DNA from: Crocinitomicaceae bacterium
GTDB lineage: Bacteria > Bacteroidota > Bacteroidia > Flavobacteriales_D > Crocinitomicaceae
DNA: 64,000 bases
Reading direction: 5' to 3'
Assembly (NCBI GenBank): GCA_029251865.1
Contig: JAQXCN010000030.1
Coordinates: 6,141 to 70,140 of the forward strand
The notes beneath the pieces are model-generated. The model was not told the DNA's origin, ran no database searches, and saw only the letters and a program-made list of their open reading frames with translations. Numbering within the stretch: position 1 is the stretch's first letter; each line of letters opens with the position of its first letter. Made by a program: the position numbers and the translations under genes. Shown here piece by piece: positions 1 through 9,854 of the stretch.

Positions 1-475
1 ATGCTGCTGTTTGGAAACCACTTGAAGACAACAAAGCCATTCTAAACTTAGTAAACTGCTCTTTTTCCATACCGAAACGCATGACTTCAAAAGACTGTGT
101 TAATGTTTCGAAATACATGTTGATGCGATCCAGTCGTGAGATGAAGAAATCAACATCTAACGTTTCATTCCATCCTTGGTCTTGCCCAGCGGCTGAAATG
201 ATTTTTCCATTGTGACAAAGCTGCTCCAGTTCGTGTTGAATTAAACTGAAATAGAGCTCTGTAATTTGATGGTAAACAATGAATATTTTTTCATCAGGAT
301 AATCGGTCTTTGGTTTTTGAAGGCTTAGCAGCGCATCAACCTCGATATAATCCCAATATGTTAATGGGTTCGCAAAAATCAAACCATCTAAATAAGACAC
401 AAGATCCTGTCCGATTGCTGCATATTTTTTATTAAGCTGTTCTAATCGGTCTTTGATTTCAGGTGTGATTTCCAT
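1..475 (-). CDS. kynA: tryptophan 2,3-dioxygenase, N-terminal part (3' end lies beyond the window start)
   Basis: Absent from the ORF track because it is open at the window edge. My translation of the minus strand from the ATG at 473-475 reads MEITPEIKDRLEQLNKKYAAIGQDLVSYLDGLIFANPLTYWDYIEVDALLSLQKPKTDYPDEKIFIVYHQITELYFSL... The YWDYI-x-D-x-LLSLQ and DE-x-FIV-x-HQ-x-x-EL blocks are typical TDO helices. Confidence 0.7.
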   Translation of the reverse strand, partial: MEITPEIKDRLEQLNKKYAAIGQDLVSYLDGLIFANPLTYWDYIEVDALLSLQKPKTDYPDEKIFIVYHQITELYFSLIQHELEQLCHNGKIISAAGQDQGWNETLDVDFFISRLDRINMYFETLTQSFEVMRFGMEKEQFTKFRMALLSSSGFQTAA

Positions 476-643
476 GGGTATCTGCTTCTAGATGTTATCT
501 AGTTCGAAGGTAGTTATTTTGTTTGAATCACTGAACAAGAGGCACGTTGTCCGAATTGAAGATATCGGATGCGCAGGATTGGATTAATGCTTGAATTGAA
601 ATCGCCGTATATACTTTAGAAAGAAAACGGGTATGTAGAGAGG

Positions 644-799
644 TTATTTTTCTTCCTCGTCTAATACTCTTTTTGGTCGCAGCTGCTCAAACAAACCTAA
701 GGTGATCCAATAAGGAAGAACGAAACCCATTAAGAATAATAACATCCAAAAGGCCATGCCTCCAATTAAAAGAAATAAAACTATACCAAATGTGCTCAT
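644..799 (-). CDS. small hydrophobic protein (51 aa), hypothetical
   Basis: Below the ORF-track size cutoff. My translation is MSTFGIVLFLLIGGMAFWMLLFLMGFVLPYWITLGLFEQLRPKRVLDEEEK. It has two hydrophobic segments and a charged tail. No homology was recognised. Confidence 0.3.
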   Translation of the reverse strand: MSTFGIVLFLLIGGMAFWMLLFLMGFVLPYWITLGLFEQLRPKRVLDEEEK

Positions 800-806
800 G
801 TTCTGC

Positions 807-814
807 TATTTTTG
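807..814 (+). promoter_or_regulatory. Bacteroidetes-type -7 box (TAnnTTTG) upstream of fumC
   Basis: TATTTTTG matches TAnnTTTG and lies about 50 nt upstream of the fumC ATG at 865. Confidence 0.4.
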
Positions 815-864
815 CTGTACGCTTAGGCAAAATTAAAAAATTTAAATAAATAATTCATTATAAA

Positions 865-2256
865 ATGGAATATAGAATAGAAAAAGATACCATGGGCGAT
901 GTGAAGGTTCCATCAAATCGATACTGGGGTGCGCAAACAGAGCGTTCTAGAAACAATTTTAAGATTGGACCGGCTGCGTCTATGCCTATTGAAATCGTTC
1001 ATGCATTCGCTTATTTAAAAAAGGCCGCGGCATATACTAACGCTGAACTTGGCGTTTTAGATATTACAAAAAGAGATTTAATTTCTTCAGTTTGTGATGA
1101 AATTATTTCTGGTTTGCATGACGAAGAGTTCCCACTTGTTATTTGGCAAACAGGTTCAGGGACCCAGTCTAATATGAATTGTAATGAGGTCATTGCAAAC
1201 CGTGCGCACGTCTTAAATGGAGGTGATTTAACCGATGCGAAGAAAACCTTAAACCCCAACGATGATGTAAACAAATCCCAATCCTCTAATGATACTTTTC
1301 CGACGGCAATGCACATTGCAACTTACAAACAAGTTGTTGAAGTGACGATACCAGGGATAGAGAACCTTAGAAATACGCTTGAGGCAAAGTCTACGGAATT
1401 TAAGCATATCGTCAAAACGGGTCGTACACACTTCATGGATGCCACACCTCTCACGCTTGGCCAAGAATTTAGTGGGTATGTGGCACAGCTCAATAATTCT
1501 TTGAAAGCGATTCATAATGCATTAGAGTCGGTCAAGGAGCTTGCTCTCGGTGGAACCGCAGTGGGTACAGGGTTGAATACGCCAAAAGGATATGATGTTG
1601 TAGTCGCACAAAAAATCGCTGAATTCACGGGGCTTCCATTCATAACTGCAGAAAACAAATTCGAGGCTTTGGCCGCACACGATGCCATGGTAGAACTTTC
1701 TTCAGCACTTAAAAGAGCAGCGGTTTCGTTGATGAAAATTGGAAATGATATTCGCATGCTATCTTCGGGTCCAAGATGTGGAATTGGAGAGCTAATGCTT
1801 CCTGAAAACGAGCCAGGGTCATCTATTATGCCTGGAAAGGTAAACCCAACACAGCCTGAAGCTCTAACAATGGTATGCGCACAAGTAATGGGGAATGATG
1901 TAACAGTTTCGGTTGCGGGTTCTAACGGCCATTTTGAATTAAATGTATTTAAGCCAGTAATTGCCTCAAACGTGCTAGAATCTGCACGGCTTATTGGAGA
2001 TGCTTGTAATTCTTTCACTGTAAATTGTGCCGAAGGCATTAAAGCCAATGAACCTATGTTGAAACAGCACCTTGAAAATTCATTGATGCTTGTTACGGCA
2101 CTAAACACTAAAATAGGATATTATAAGGCTGCTGAAATCGCAAAATACGCACATAAAAATGGTACAACTTTAAAAGAGGCTGCTGTCGGGCTTGGGCATG
2201 TTTCAGCAGAAGATTATGACGCCATTGTTGACCCTTCTAAAATGATCGGACATTAG
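865..2256 (+). CDS. fumC: class II fumarate hydratase
   Basis: 463 aa. Carries the [13 protein letters not shown] signature and a typical N-terminus ([26 protein letters not shown]). Confidence 0.97.
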   Translation: MEYRIEKDTMGDVKVPSNRYWGAQTERSRNNFKIGPAASMPIEIVHAFAYLKKAAAYTNAELGVLDITKRDLISSVCDEIISGLHDEEFPLVIWQTGSGTQSNMNCNEVIANRAHVLNGGDLTDAKKTLNPNDDVNKSQSSNDTFPTAMHIATYKQVVEVTIPGIENLRNTLEAKSTEFKHIVKTGRTHFMDATPLTLGQEFSGYVAQLNNSLKAIHNALESVKELALGGTAVGTGLNTPKGYDVVVAQKIAEFTGLPFITAENKFEALAAHDAMVELSSALKRAAVSLMKIGNDIRMLSSGPRCGIGELMLPENEPGSSIMPGKVNPTQPEALTMVCAQVMGNDVTVSVAGSNGHFELNVFKPVIASNVLESARLIGDACNSFTVNCAEGIKANEPMLKQHLENSLMLVTALNTKIGYYKAAEIAKYAHKNGTTLKEAAVGLGHVSAEDYDAIVDPSKMIGH

Positions 2257-2681
2257 GCCATAAAATGAATCCTTAACGGATTCTGAGAGTATTCAATGTA
2301 GTATTTTAGCACCTCTTTTGCGTATGTCCTGAGATGGGGTAGATAGAAGACAAGTGACTCTTGTTTAACCCAAATGCATTGCTCTATTCCTTCCTCCTGA
2401 AGAGGTTTCATTGTTTTTTTATACCCATTGTAATTAACAAGATACCATTTCGTCTTTATCTTCTTTTGTTTGAGTAGATGTGCCGTTTTCTTTAATGGAT
2501 GTTGAAGGGAAAGTTTTTTGAGTTCTAGACCTGTTTCTTCTGCTGTTTCTCTTAAGGCGCCGTGTCTTTTTTTTTCGTGCTTTTCCACGCGTCCTTTTGG
2601 CAAGTCCCATTTTCCTTTTCTGTAGATAAGCAACAATTCTTTATTGCGATTGACAACTAATGATCCAGCTCTTTTTTGCAT
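2253..2681 (-). CDS. NUDIX hydrolase
   Basis: Nudix box [23 protein letters not shown] fits G-x5-E-x7-REUxEExGU. Convergent with fumC, with a 4-nt overlap. Confidence 0.85.
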   Translation of the reverse strand: MQKRAGSLVVNRNKELLLIYRKGKWDLPKGRVEKHEKKRHGALRETAEETGLELKKLSLQHPLKKTAHLLKQKKIKTKWYLVNYNGYKKTMKPLQEEGIEQCIWVKQESLVFYLPHLRTYAKEVLKYYIEYSQNPLRIHFMA

Positions 2682-2794
2682 TCCGTTAATTTTAGAACGA
2701 ATTTAGTTTATACCAACAACGGCTTATCATTAAAAGTGTTGGACTTTCAACAATAAAATGTTTAAATAGGTCAAAAGCGCTAGGGGTTCTAATT

Positions 2795-3853
2795 TTAGAT
2801 CTCTTTGTTTAATAAAGTCTGTGTTGGGAACGCAAAGTCTAAACCAGCAGCTGTAAATCGGGTTAAAACTTCTTTACTTATCGTGTTTTGAGAATCCAAC
2901 CAATGCGCCTCTGGTTTGACATAATAAATAAATAAAATCCCAAGTGCAAAATCCCCGAAGTCTTTAAAGCCAGCAGAACAGTCATCTTCTAGTATTGCCG
3001 AATTATCGGCTACGATTTGTCTTAGAAGATCAACTCCTTTCTGCATTCCTTCTTGGTCTGTGTCATAGGTTAAACCAAGATTTAAAACCACTTTAAGTGC
3101 GGGTTGTGAAGTTACATTGACAACACTGTTGTCAGTAAATGTACTGTTAGGAATTGTAACGATACGTCCTTCAAGTGTTCTAATTCTGGTGCTTCTCAAG
3201 CCAACTTCTTCAACGATACCGTCAAAACCTTGAATCTGGATTCTATCTTGGATTTTAAAAGGCTTGTCCAAGAAAATCATAATGCCTGCAAAAATGTTTT
3301 TTACTGAATCTTGTGCTGCGAGCGCGAGCGCTAATCCACCAATTCCAAGACCAGCAATCATTGCGGTAATATCAAAACCAATATTATCTAAACCAATGAT
3401 CACCCCAAATGTCCAAATAACACCTTTAACGGCCTTTGAAATAATAGGTAATATATAGTTATCTGCACCGCCTTCTGATTTCTCAATAATGGGTTGGACC
3501 ACTTCCGTAACTAAGGCATCAAATACCCGAGAGACAATAGAAGTTAAGGTAAGAACAGCAGCAATAGAAGCAATCCCTTCTAAAACATTAAGAATGACTT
3601 TGTTGTCAATTTTGATGTAATGAATCGCTATCCAGTAACCAAAAATCAAAATGGAATATCGAATAGGTTTTTCCAATTTATCGATGAGTACATCGTCTAA
3701 ATTGGTCTTCGTTTTTGCCGTGAGTTTTCTTAAAATGTTAGAAAGAATCCAGTAAACAATTTTTGTCGCAACAAAAGTCCCTAAAATAATCCCTATTGCA
3801 ATAGCCCAGACTTCAACTGTATTTCCTAAAAAGTGGTAGTCTAAAAATTCCAT
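2795..3853 (-). CDS. mechanosensitive ion channel family protein (MscS-like)
   Basis: N-terminal TM helices followed by the MscS beta-domain pattern FKIQDRIQIQGFDGIVEEVGLRSTRIRTLEGRIVTIPNS. Confidence 0.9.
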   Translation of the reverse strand: MEFLDYHFLGNTVEVWAIAIGIILGTFVATKIVYWILSNILRKLTAKTKTNLDDVLIDKLEKPIRYSILIFGYWIAIHYIKIDNKVILNVLEGIASIAAVLTLTSIVSRVFDALVTEVVQPIIEKSEGGADNYILPIISKAVKGVIWTFGVIIGLDNIGFDITAMIAGLGIGGLALALAAQDSVKNIFAGIMIFLDKPFKIQDRIQIQGFDGIVEEVGLRSTRIRTLEGRIVTIPNSTFTDNSVVNVTSQPALKVVLNLGLTYDTDQEGMQKGVDLLRQIVADNSAILEDDCSAGFKDFGDFALGILFIYYVKPEAHWLDSQNTISKEVLTRFTAAGLDFAFPTQTLLNKEI

Positions 3854-3954
3854 ATTCTTCTTTTATAATTAGTTATATAAGTGATCTCTTTTATTTAAGC
3901 ACTCAAAGATAAGTAGGATTCTCTAATTAACGACACTAAGTTTTATGAATGCCT

Positions 3955-4842
3955 TTACACGGAGTCATTATTTTCATCCTCAAACGACTCTTTTAATTCA
4001 CCCATTTTACCATTTTGAAAGTCGAAAAGTGCTTCTTTTATTTCACTTTGCGTATTCATTACAAAAGGACCATATGACGCAATAGGCTCTCCAATAGGCT
4101 CCCCTGCAAGAACGATGAAACGAGTCGAGGTTGTTGCGGATATTTCTAAAACACCACCATCATTATTGAACCAAATCATATCTTTAGCGCCTGATTGTTC
4201 ACTGTTAATAATAAGTGTTCCGTTTAAAATATAAATTAAAGAATTGAATGTTTTTGGTAGCGGAATTTTTAATGATGCACCTTTATCTGCTTGAATGCGA
4301 AGTAGCGTCTGAGGACTGTAGGTTTTGGCGGGTCCTTTTATTGATTCAAATATGCCTGAAACGACAGCTATTTGTGCCTTCTCTTTTTTAATTACAGGTG
4401 TATCATTTGCAGTTATAGGTAGGTAATAAGGGGGTTCCATTTTATATTTTGCAGGCGTATTCACCCAAAATTGTATAAACTCTTGACGTCCTCCATTTTT
4501 CACCAAATCAATACCAGGGCGCTCACTGTGTACTATACCATTTCCAGCATGCATCCATTGGGTTCCTCCTTCTGAAATCACAGCAGTATTCCCAATAGAG
4601 TCTTGATGCCTAACACTTCCTTCAAAAATAAAAGTAACTGGTGAAAACCCTCTATGTGGATGAGGCCCAACACCCAATTCGTTTTGTTTTTTTCCAGTCT
4701 CTAGGAACGCGTCCCAGTGATGTATTAACATAAAAGGGTCAATAAGGTTAACCAACTTAGTAGGAAGCGGCTGATCCAAAAGATGACCACCCATATTTAC
4801 ACGTTGTGCTGGGATTATTTTTCGTATGCTTCTGTTATTCAT
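3955..4842 (-). CDS. pirin family protein
   Basis: Cupin motif HPHRGFSPVTFIFEG...HQDSIGN and a bicupin length of 295 aa. Confidence 0.9.
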   Translation of the reverse strand: MNNRSIRKIIPAQRVNMGGHLLDQPLPTKLVNLIDPFMLIHHWDAFLETGKKQNELGVGPHPHRGFSPVTFIFEGSVRHQDSIGNTAVISEGGTQWMHAGNGIVHSERPGIDLVKNGGRQEFIQFWVNTPAKYKMEPPYYLPITANDTPVIKKEKAQIAVVSGIFESIKGPAKTYSPQTLLRIQADKGASLKIPLPKTFNSLIYILNGTLIINSEQSGAKDMIWFNNDGGVLEISATTSTRFIVLAGEPIGEPIASYGPFVMNTQSEIKEALFDFQNGKMGELKESFEDENNDSV

Positions 4843-4848
4843 TTTATA

Positions 4849-7800
4849 TCATTCTTTTTGCTTTCCCAAGGTTATTTTGTAATCCTCTAAGTTGCCTTTG
4901 ATTTTTAGATTGAGATATTTTGTTTTTCTTTTTGGATCAACTTCAATTATTTCGTCTTCAATCAAGGCCTTACCTTCGCCTTGCTTGGTTCCAATTACTT
5001 TATTTCGTGCACCTTGCTTAATAACGGACCACGGAATCTTCAAGAAGTATTCCATATTAAGCTGTAAATCTTGTGTGCCTGATATTTCAAAATGACCAAG
5101 CGTTGATTCTATCGTCATTTTAGGAATCGTTAGTAAACCATTTGTGATATCCATATGGTTTTGTAGTGTATCAAAACGAACAGAATTTAGATTTTTATCT
5201 CCAAAGTAATCCGCTAAAAGTGACATGTACTCGTAGTTTTCTAGTCGCCCATCTATGACCTGAAGATCCATGTGTATTTCAGATTGATCTAGGTTCGGTA
5301 CCATATCGGGATAAACTCTAATTTTACCCGTAATAAGCGTGTTGAGTTTTCCGTGAAGGTTTTCTGAGACTAAGGCATCTTGACCGAAGTTTTCAAATTT
5401 GAACATGAGTTTATCCATAGAAACATTTTCTAATTTAAGCTTCGGTTTTAAATAGATATGTTTAGCATCACTTCCATTAAAGTACCCGGACATGCGCACA
5501 TTTCCACCGGCAGCAGCTAAGTCTAAAGTGTCTACGTATACAAAGTGATTTTCCGTAGTACGAAGTCTCGCATGAATTTTTTGTAAATCAATTCTATGAT
5601 AAATAAAATGTCCAACATCAGCATCTATCGTCATTGCTGTAAAGGGTAATTCATAAATATTGAAAACTTCTCTATGCTCTTGAGTCTTCTGTAAGTCCGA
5701 GCTTGTACGTTTTAAAGTGGCTTGTGGTTTTTGGGATGGAAGTTGAAAATTAAAGAGTTGGTCAAAGTCAATATAATTGGCTTTTAAACCAATGTGATTA
5801 TCTCTTTTTCGAATACGAGGATTATTTCCAAAATAATAATTAATATCTAGGTCAAATACTGTTCTCCCTAACTTTCCTTTAAAATCTTTTACCATCAAAT
5901 GTTCATCCTCATAATGAAAACGACCGCTAAAGTTTTCAAAACGCATGGGATGTACGTGCATTTTAGCAGTTAAACGATCCAATGTCAGATCTAGGGATTG
6001 TAAAGAAGAGGCTTTATAGTGCATACTTGATTTAAGGTGAAGTATTAGGCCATCAACTTCTTCGTGTCTGTAATCTTTAGGAACGTAATTTTCTCCGCCG
6101 TACGAAAATAAATCTTCTAAACGGAGCAGGTCAGAATTTAAAGTGAGATCAATATCCACATCACCATCTAAAACATCTTTCATCCAAAAGCCATAATCAT
6201 GCGCCAAACCATTAAGGTGAAAATCGGAGCCATCAATAAAACCGGTAAAGGCCTTGATTTTTAAATCCTCATCTCCAATTAAGAGGTCGACATGGAAATC
6301 ATGTAATTCATGGGGGTAATGCTTGAGCTCGGCATGTAGGTTATCTATGAAGAATTCTCCAACAGGAAGATGTTCTGATTCTGTAAAAGCACGGGCTGAG
6401 GATTTGAATGAAAATCCAACATCTAAATTTTCTATTCTTTCATCGACACCACTACTGTCTTGTTTTGAATATTTTGTTATTTCCGAGAGGTCTAAGGTCT
6501 TGGACCGTATTTCAAGGTGCGCTAAAACAGGCGTACTACTATGATGCACTATAGCTGGGAGGTCAGAAATAGCGCCTTGGATTGAAAGGTCTGAGTTACC
6601 AAATTCCATATCAAATAAATCAAGAACAGCTTCTTTACCATTCATGATAAGATGCATGTCTAAATCTTCTAGAGGTACTGGAAGGTCTGAAGATTTAAGG
6701 CTTAAATCTTGAATTTTTAACTCACTGAAATAGGCTTGGTTTAGGTCGTTCAATGCAAGTTCCGGACGGTCTAAATCAACGATATCATGAAACCGCATCT
6801 CAAGTTGCGCACTGCCTGAGGCCTCTAAATCTTTTAGGTTTAAAAACTTCGTTAGAAAACCCACATTGAAATCTGCATTGAGCTCCATGTCAACTTCAGG
6901 ATTTTCAAAGTTTTTAACAGAAACGGATCCTATAAAATTTCCAGTTTCGAGTTTTGCACGCATCCCTGTGATTGAGAACGCCATGGTTTCTAGATTACGG
7001 TTTTTACCATTTGTAAAATGACCTTTAAACCCAAGATTGTCTATACGTTTTTTCTCTCCTATATTTTCAAGAAAAGCTTCATTTGCTCCGAATTTTGCAT
7101 CAATAAAAGGCATGACACCATGTAATGTAGGTCCTTTTACAATAGCATTGAAATAAATGTCGCCGGCATTTTTATAGCGCTCCAAAACAGGAATCAAATC
7201 AGAAGGTGCAAAAGCGATCAGCATATCGAAATTTGATTTTTTGCCGCTTATAGATAAATCCAAAGTAACCTCATTTTTAAGGTCAATAGACCCCACTAAA
7301 TCAAAGTCACCGTGCTCCATTTTAATACCAGAAGGCTTTAGGTCGAGCATTTGAGATTTACTATTAAATGCGAGGTCCGTATGAAATTCAAAGTGCTTTT
7401 TGTTGATGTATGTTGTATCACCGTTATCAATTACGTTCAACTCAAATTCGGTATCTATATGTGCGTTAATGAGGTCGCCAGAAGTTTGAAATCCACCTTC
7501 TGCATTGTAAATAAACGTTTCAACATCCACATTAGTGGTTTCATCAAATTTGTGAATGTCTATATTTTTAAGTGTGATCTTTTGAAGGTGAATATCTAAC
7601 GGAGCATCAGATACTGTGGTATCATTTGTTGTCAATGCATTTTGTAAATTAAGCGTCCCGTCTTCGTGCAGAATGAGGTTCAAATAACCTTCCTCAATAA
7701 TTAAGTCTTTGATATCATAATTTCCGGAGAGTAGATCCCAAATATTGAAGCCAGCATAAATATCAGCGACATTTAGGAGTCTCTCGGCGCCGAGTTCTTT

Positions 7801-8055
7801 TGATTCATAAACACTGACATCATCAATTTTTATTGATATATATGGGAAATTAGCAAAGGGCTCCAAGTGTGTATCCCCAACTTTTAATTCCCCCTTGTAG
7901 GTTTTGTTTAGCGCTAGAAGTTCACCTTGGATTAAAGCGTCTTGTTTGCTGTATACAACAAGGAGTAAAAGACTAAAAAGTAAAAGAGGAAACAGTAGGA
8001 TTATTGCTGCGATTCGCCACCAAAATTTTTTACTTTTTAAAAGAGTCCGCTTCAT
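4849..8055 (-). CDS. large membrane-anchored AsmA-like / TamB-like protein
   Basis: 1068 aa with a single N-terminal TM (WWRIAAIILLFPLLLFSLLLLVVY) followed by a long beta-rich region. The family call is by architecture only. Confidence 0.55.
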   Translation of the reverse strand: MKRTLLKSKKFWWRIAAIILLFPLLLFSLLLLVVYSKQDALIQGELLALNKTYKGELKVGDTHLEPFANFPYISIKIDDVSVYESKELGAERLLNVADIYAGFNIWDLLSGNYDIKDLIIEEGYLNLILHEDGTLNLQNALTTNDTTVSDAPLDIHLQKITLKNIDIHKFDETTNVDVETFIYNAEGGFQTSGDLINAHIDTEFELNVIDNGDTTYINKKHFEFHTDLAFNSKSQMLDLKPSGIKMEHGDFDLVGSIDLKNEVTLDLSISGKKSNFDMLIAFAPSDLIPVLERYKNAGDIYFNAIVKGPTLHGVMPFIDAKFGANEAFLENIGEKKRIDNLGFKGHFTNGKNRNLETMAFSITGMRAKLETGNFIGSVSVKNFENPEVDMELNADFNVGFLTKFLNLKDLEASGSAQLEMRFHDIVDLDRPELALNDLNQAYFSELKIQDLSLKSSDLPVPLEDLDMHLIMNGKEAVLDLFDMEFGNSDLSIQGAISDLPAIVHHSSTPVLAHLEIRSKTLDLSEITKYSKQDSSGVDERIENLDVGFSFKSSARAFTESEHLPVGEFFIDNLHAELKHYPHELHDFHVDLLIGDEDLKIKAFTGFIDGSDFHLNGLAHDYGFWMKDVLDGDVDIDLTLNSDLLRLEDLFSYGGENYVPKDYRHEEVDGLILHLKSSMHYKASSLQSLDLTLDRLTAKMHVHPMRFENFSGRFHYEDEHLMVKDFKGKLGRTVFDLDINYYFGNNPRIRKRDNHIGLKANYIDFDQLFNFQLPSQKPQATLKRTSSDLQKTQEHREVFNIYELPFTAMTIDADVGHFIYHRIDLQKIHARLRTTENHFVYVDTLDLAAAGGNVRMSGYFNGSDAKHIYLKPKLKLENVSMDKLMFKFENFGQDALVSENLHGKLNTLITGKIRVYPDMVPNLDQSEIHMDLQVIDGRLENYEYMSLLADYFGDKNLNSVRFDTLQNHMDITNGLLTIPKMTIESTLGHFEISGTQDLQLNMEYFLKIPWSVIKQGARNKVIGTKQGEGKALIEDEIIEVDPKRKTKYLNLKIKGNLEDYKITLGKQKE

Positions 8056-8227
8056 GAAATAAATAAGGTGCGCTAAAGATATGGTTATATATTAAAATGG
8101 CTTGGGATTAATCCCAAACCGTTCTAACCTAGAAACGGTAAAACATGTATTTTATTTTTTCGTTGCCCGTTATGATTCCACCATCATTGGATTTTAATTG
8201 TCTTGAGCAAACTTGTTCAGTTTTTAT

Positions 8228-8431
8228 TTATAAGCTCGCGTGCGAACCATCGCAGTAGGGAGGATTTTTAGTTTGTTTACAACCACAAATTGCCGCAGGT
8301 TTAGTTTCCTCTGCGGTGAAGATATGGGGCGTAAATTCAGTGCCTACATGTGCACCATTGCACCATGGTTGGTTTTCAGATTTTCCGCATGAACACCAGG
8401 CATACCTTTTTCCTTTTTCTAATTGTTCCAT
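8228..8431 (-). CDS. CDGSH iron-sulfur domain-containing protein
   Basis: Two CDGSH-type motifs: CSCGKSENQPWCNGAH and CGCKQTKNPPYCDGSH. Confidence 0.85.
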   Translation of the reverse strand: MEQLEKGKRYAWCSCGKSENQPWCNGAHVGTEFTPHIFTAEETKPAAICGCKQTKNPPYCDGSHASL

Positions 8432-8494
8432 TGAATTTTATTTTCACAAAAATCAATAATTCTAAAGTTTGAAGCATTAACCTAAATTAAGAAG

Positions 8495-8971
8495 TCATAT
8501 TCCTTTTATGGAGGAACGCATTTTATCCCCTTTGGCTTTACTTAAGGCTTCAGGCGTAATGCCCAGGAAAGAAGCAATCATTTTTTGAGGAACCCTCTGC
8601 ACGATATCCGGATAGGTTTTGAGGAACGCCTCGTAACGCTCTATGGCGGAAGCGCTCATTAAACGGATGACCCTATTTTGTAAAACAGAGATGCGTTTAG
8701 CTAATACGATTGGATCTACGGAAGAAACATCTCTTTCTTTAACAATAACGATGCTGTCCTCAATAGCCTCAATAAATAATTCAGAAGCCTCTTCAGGTGC
8801 AATAGCATCAGCAACAATCCATCCTTCAGGTGCAAAAAGGAAAACATGTTCTTTTCCTTTAGCATCAATTGAAAAGCTTCGGAGCAGACCAGATTCAACC
8901 TCATATACCATTGTATTTACATCTCCTTTGTGTTGTAGTAGCGTACCCTTTTTAATAGAGATTTTTTTCAT
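8495..8971 (-). CDS. Crp/Fnr family transcriptional regulator (short form)
   Basis: Cyclic-nucleotide-binding-like beta-roll (LLQHKGDVNTMVYEVESGLLRSF) and a C-terminal HTH-like region (KMIASFLGITPEALSKA). Confidence 0.75.
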   Translation of the reverse strand: MKKISIKKGTLLQHKGDVNTMVYEVESGLLRSFSIDAKGKEHVFLFAPEGWIVADAIAPEEASELFIEAIEDSIVIVKERDVSSVDPIVLAKRISVLQNRVIRLMSASAIERYEAFLKTYPDIVQRVPQKMIASFLGITPEALSKAKGDKMRSSIKGI

Positions 8972-8978
8972 AAAAGGT

Positions 8979-9656
8979 TTATTTTATTTCTTCTTGAATC
9001 AATTTTACGAGAACACTGTCTCTTCTTAACTGGCCGTCAACTAGGTTGAGGTAAAATTTATGAAGTTCTCCTTTTAAAGCAAGTTTTTCCATGATGTGCG
9101 GTTCGATATTTTTATGTCTCATTGTAGAGGGAACCACATAGCCCATAAATATATCCATTTCTTTAGAACGGGTTGTGTTATAGATATAATACTCTTGCAA
9201 GATGCCTTCTTGATTTGTATAACCCTCTATTTTTTTTAAAAATTCATGAATCGTGTATTTCTTCTGTAAACGTTCAACGACTTCCTCATTCTCGATAAGT
9301 TCAATCAGCCCGCTATTTTGAAGCCCTCGATATTCTTCTTGATTGTCAACAAAAATAGTATTACAAAATATGGCCATCGTTAGATGATAACCAATTGAAT
9401 CTTTTGAGTAGTTCTCTAGGGAATCTTTTCTTTGGTATAGCCATCTTCCCGAATTAATTGCTTGCTGGTTTGCTTTTTTGTTGAATTTAAAATCATTTTG
9501 GTCAACCTCTATATTTTTCAGCACACGACGTAAAGATTGATTTTTTAAGTCCTCTTTATATGATAATGCATTTTGCTTCTCCATGTAAAAGGAAATTGAA
9601 ATACCCAAGATGATGACGATAATTTCAAGGCTATATTTTATGGCAAGTTTTTTCAT
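8979..9656 (-). CDS. hypothetical N-terminally anchored protein (possibly DUF6090-like)
   Basis: 225 aa. Has an N-terminal TM (YSLEIIVIILGISISFY) followed by a soluble domain. The family guess is from memory of the N-terminal pattern only. Confidence 0.5.
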   Translation of the reverse strand: MKKLAIKYSLEIIVIILGISISFYMEKQNALSYKEDLKNQSLRRVLKNIEVDQNDFKFNKKANQQAINSGRWLYQRKDSLENYSKDSIGYHLTMAIFCNTIFVDNQEEYRGLQNSGLIELIENEEVVERLQKKYTIHEFLKKIEGYTNQEGILQEYYIYNTTRSKEMDIFMGYVVPSTMRHKNIEPHIMEKLALKGELHKFYLNLVDGQLRRDSVLVKLIQEEIK

Positions 9657-9717
9657 TTAGCTAAGTTAATGGTATTGATTTGTTCTCATTCAAATGCGCT
9701 GCTTAGGCCGCTTACTT

Positions 9718-9734
9718 TGTGTCAAATTTACACA
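9718..9734. promoter_or_regulatory. 17-bp near-perfect palindrome, candidate operator
   Basis: TGTGTCAAATTTACACA, with 7 of 8 arm positions complementary. It sits in the divergent intergenic region, two genes from the Crp/Fnr-family regulator. Confidence 0.3.
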
Positions 9735-9798
9735 TGCTTATAACTGTAACACCTTAAAAACAAATAAGATAACACAGATTAATTTTATTTAAAAATTC

Positions 9799-9828
9799 TT
9801 TGTTAATCTAAAATAATGAGTACTTTTG
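9799..9828 (+). promoter_or_regulatory. Bacteroidetes-type promoter (-33 TTTG / -7 TACTTTTG)
   Basis: TTTG at 9799-9802 and TACTTTTG (TAnnTTTG) at 9821-9828 are separated by 18 nt. The ATG is at 9855. Confidence 0.5.
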
Positions 9829-9854
9829 CGCCCTGAAATATTAAAATATTGAGT

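Noticed and set aside
1011-2108. Antisense ORFs inside fumC (1011-1316, 1249-1515, 1512-2108). Similar shadow ORFs occur elsewhere, e.g. 8643-9029, 17081-17414, 41116-41436, 43621-43975 and 47148-48932.
   Set aside because: They lie opposite strongly supported conserved genes and have no recognisable motifs. Their biased composition is typical of shadow frames.
2692-2792. TTAGAAC ... GTTCTAA inverted ends flanking the MscS-Nudix spacer, considered as another attC-like site
   Set aside because: Only the 7-8 nt ends pair, and there is no inner (L-box-like) complementarity. It does not share the CCC-N-ACGTT motif. The flanking genes look like core genes.
8099-8120. Hairpin GGCTTGGGATTAATCCCAAACC between the CDGSH gene and the AsmA-like gene
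   Set aside because: It could be a weak terminator for the CDGSH gene, but the stem is short and no clear U-tract follows on the minus strand, so I did not call it.
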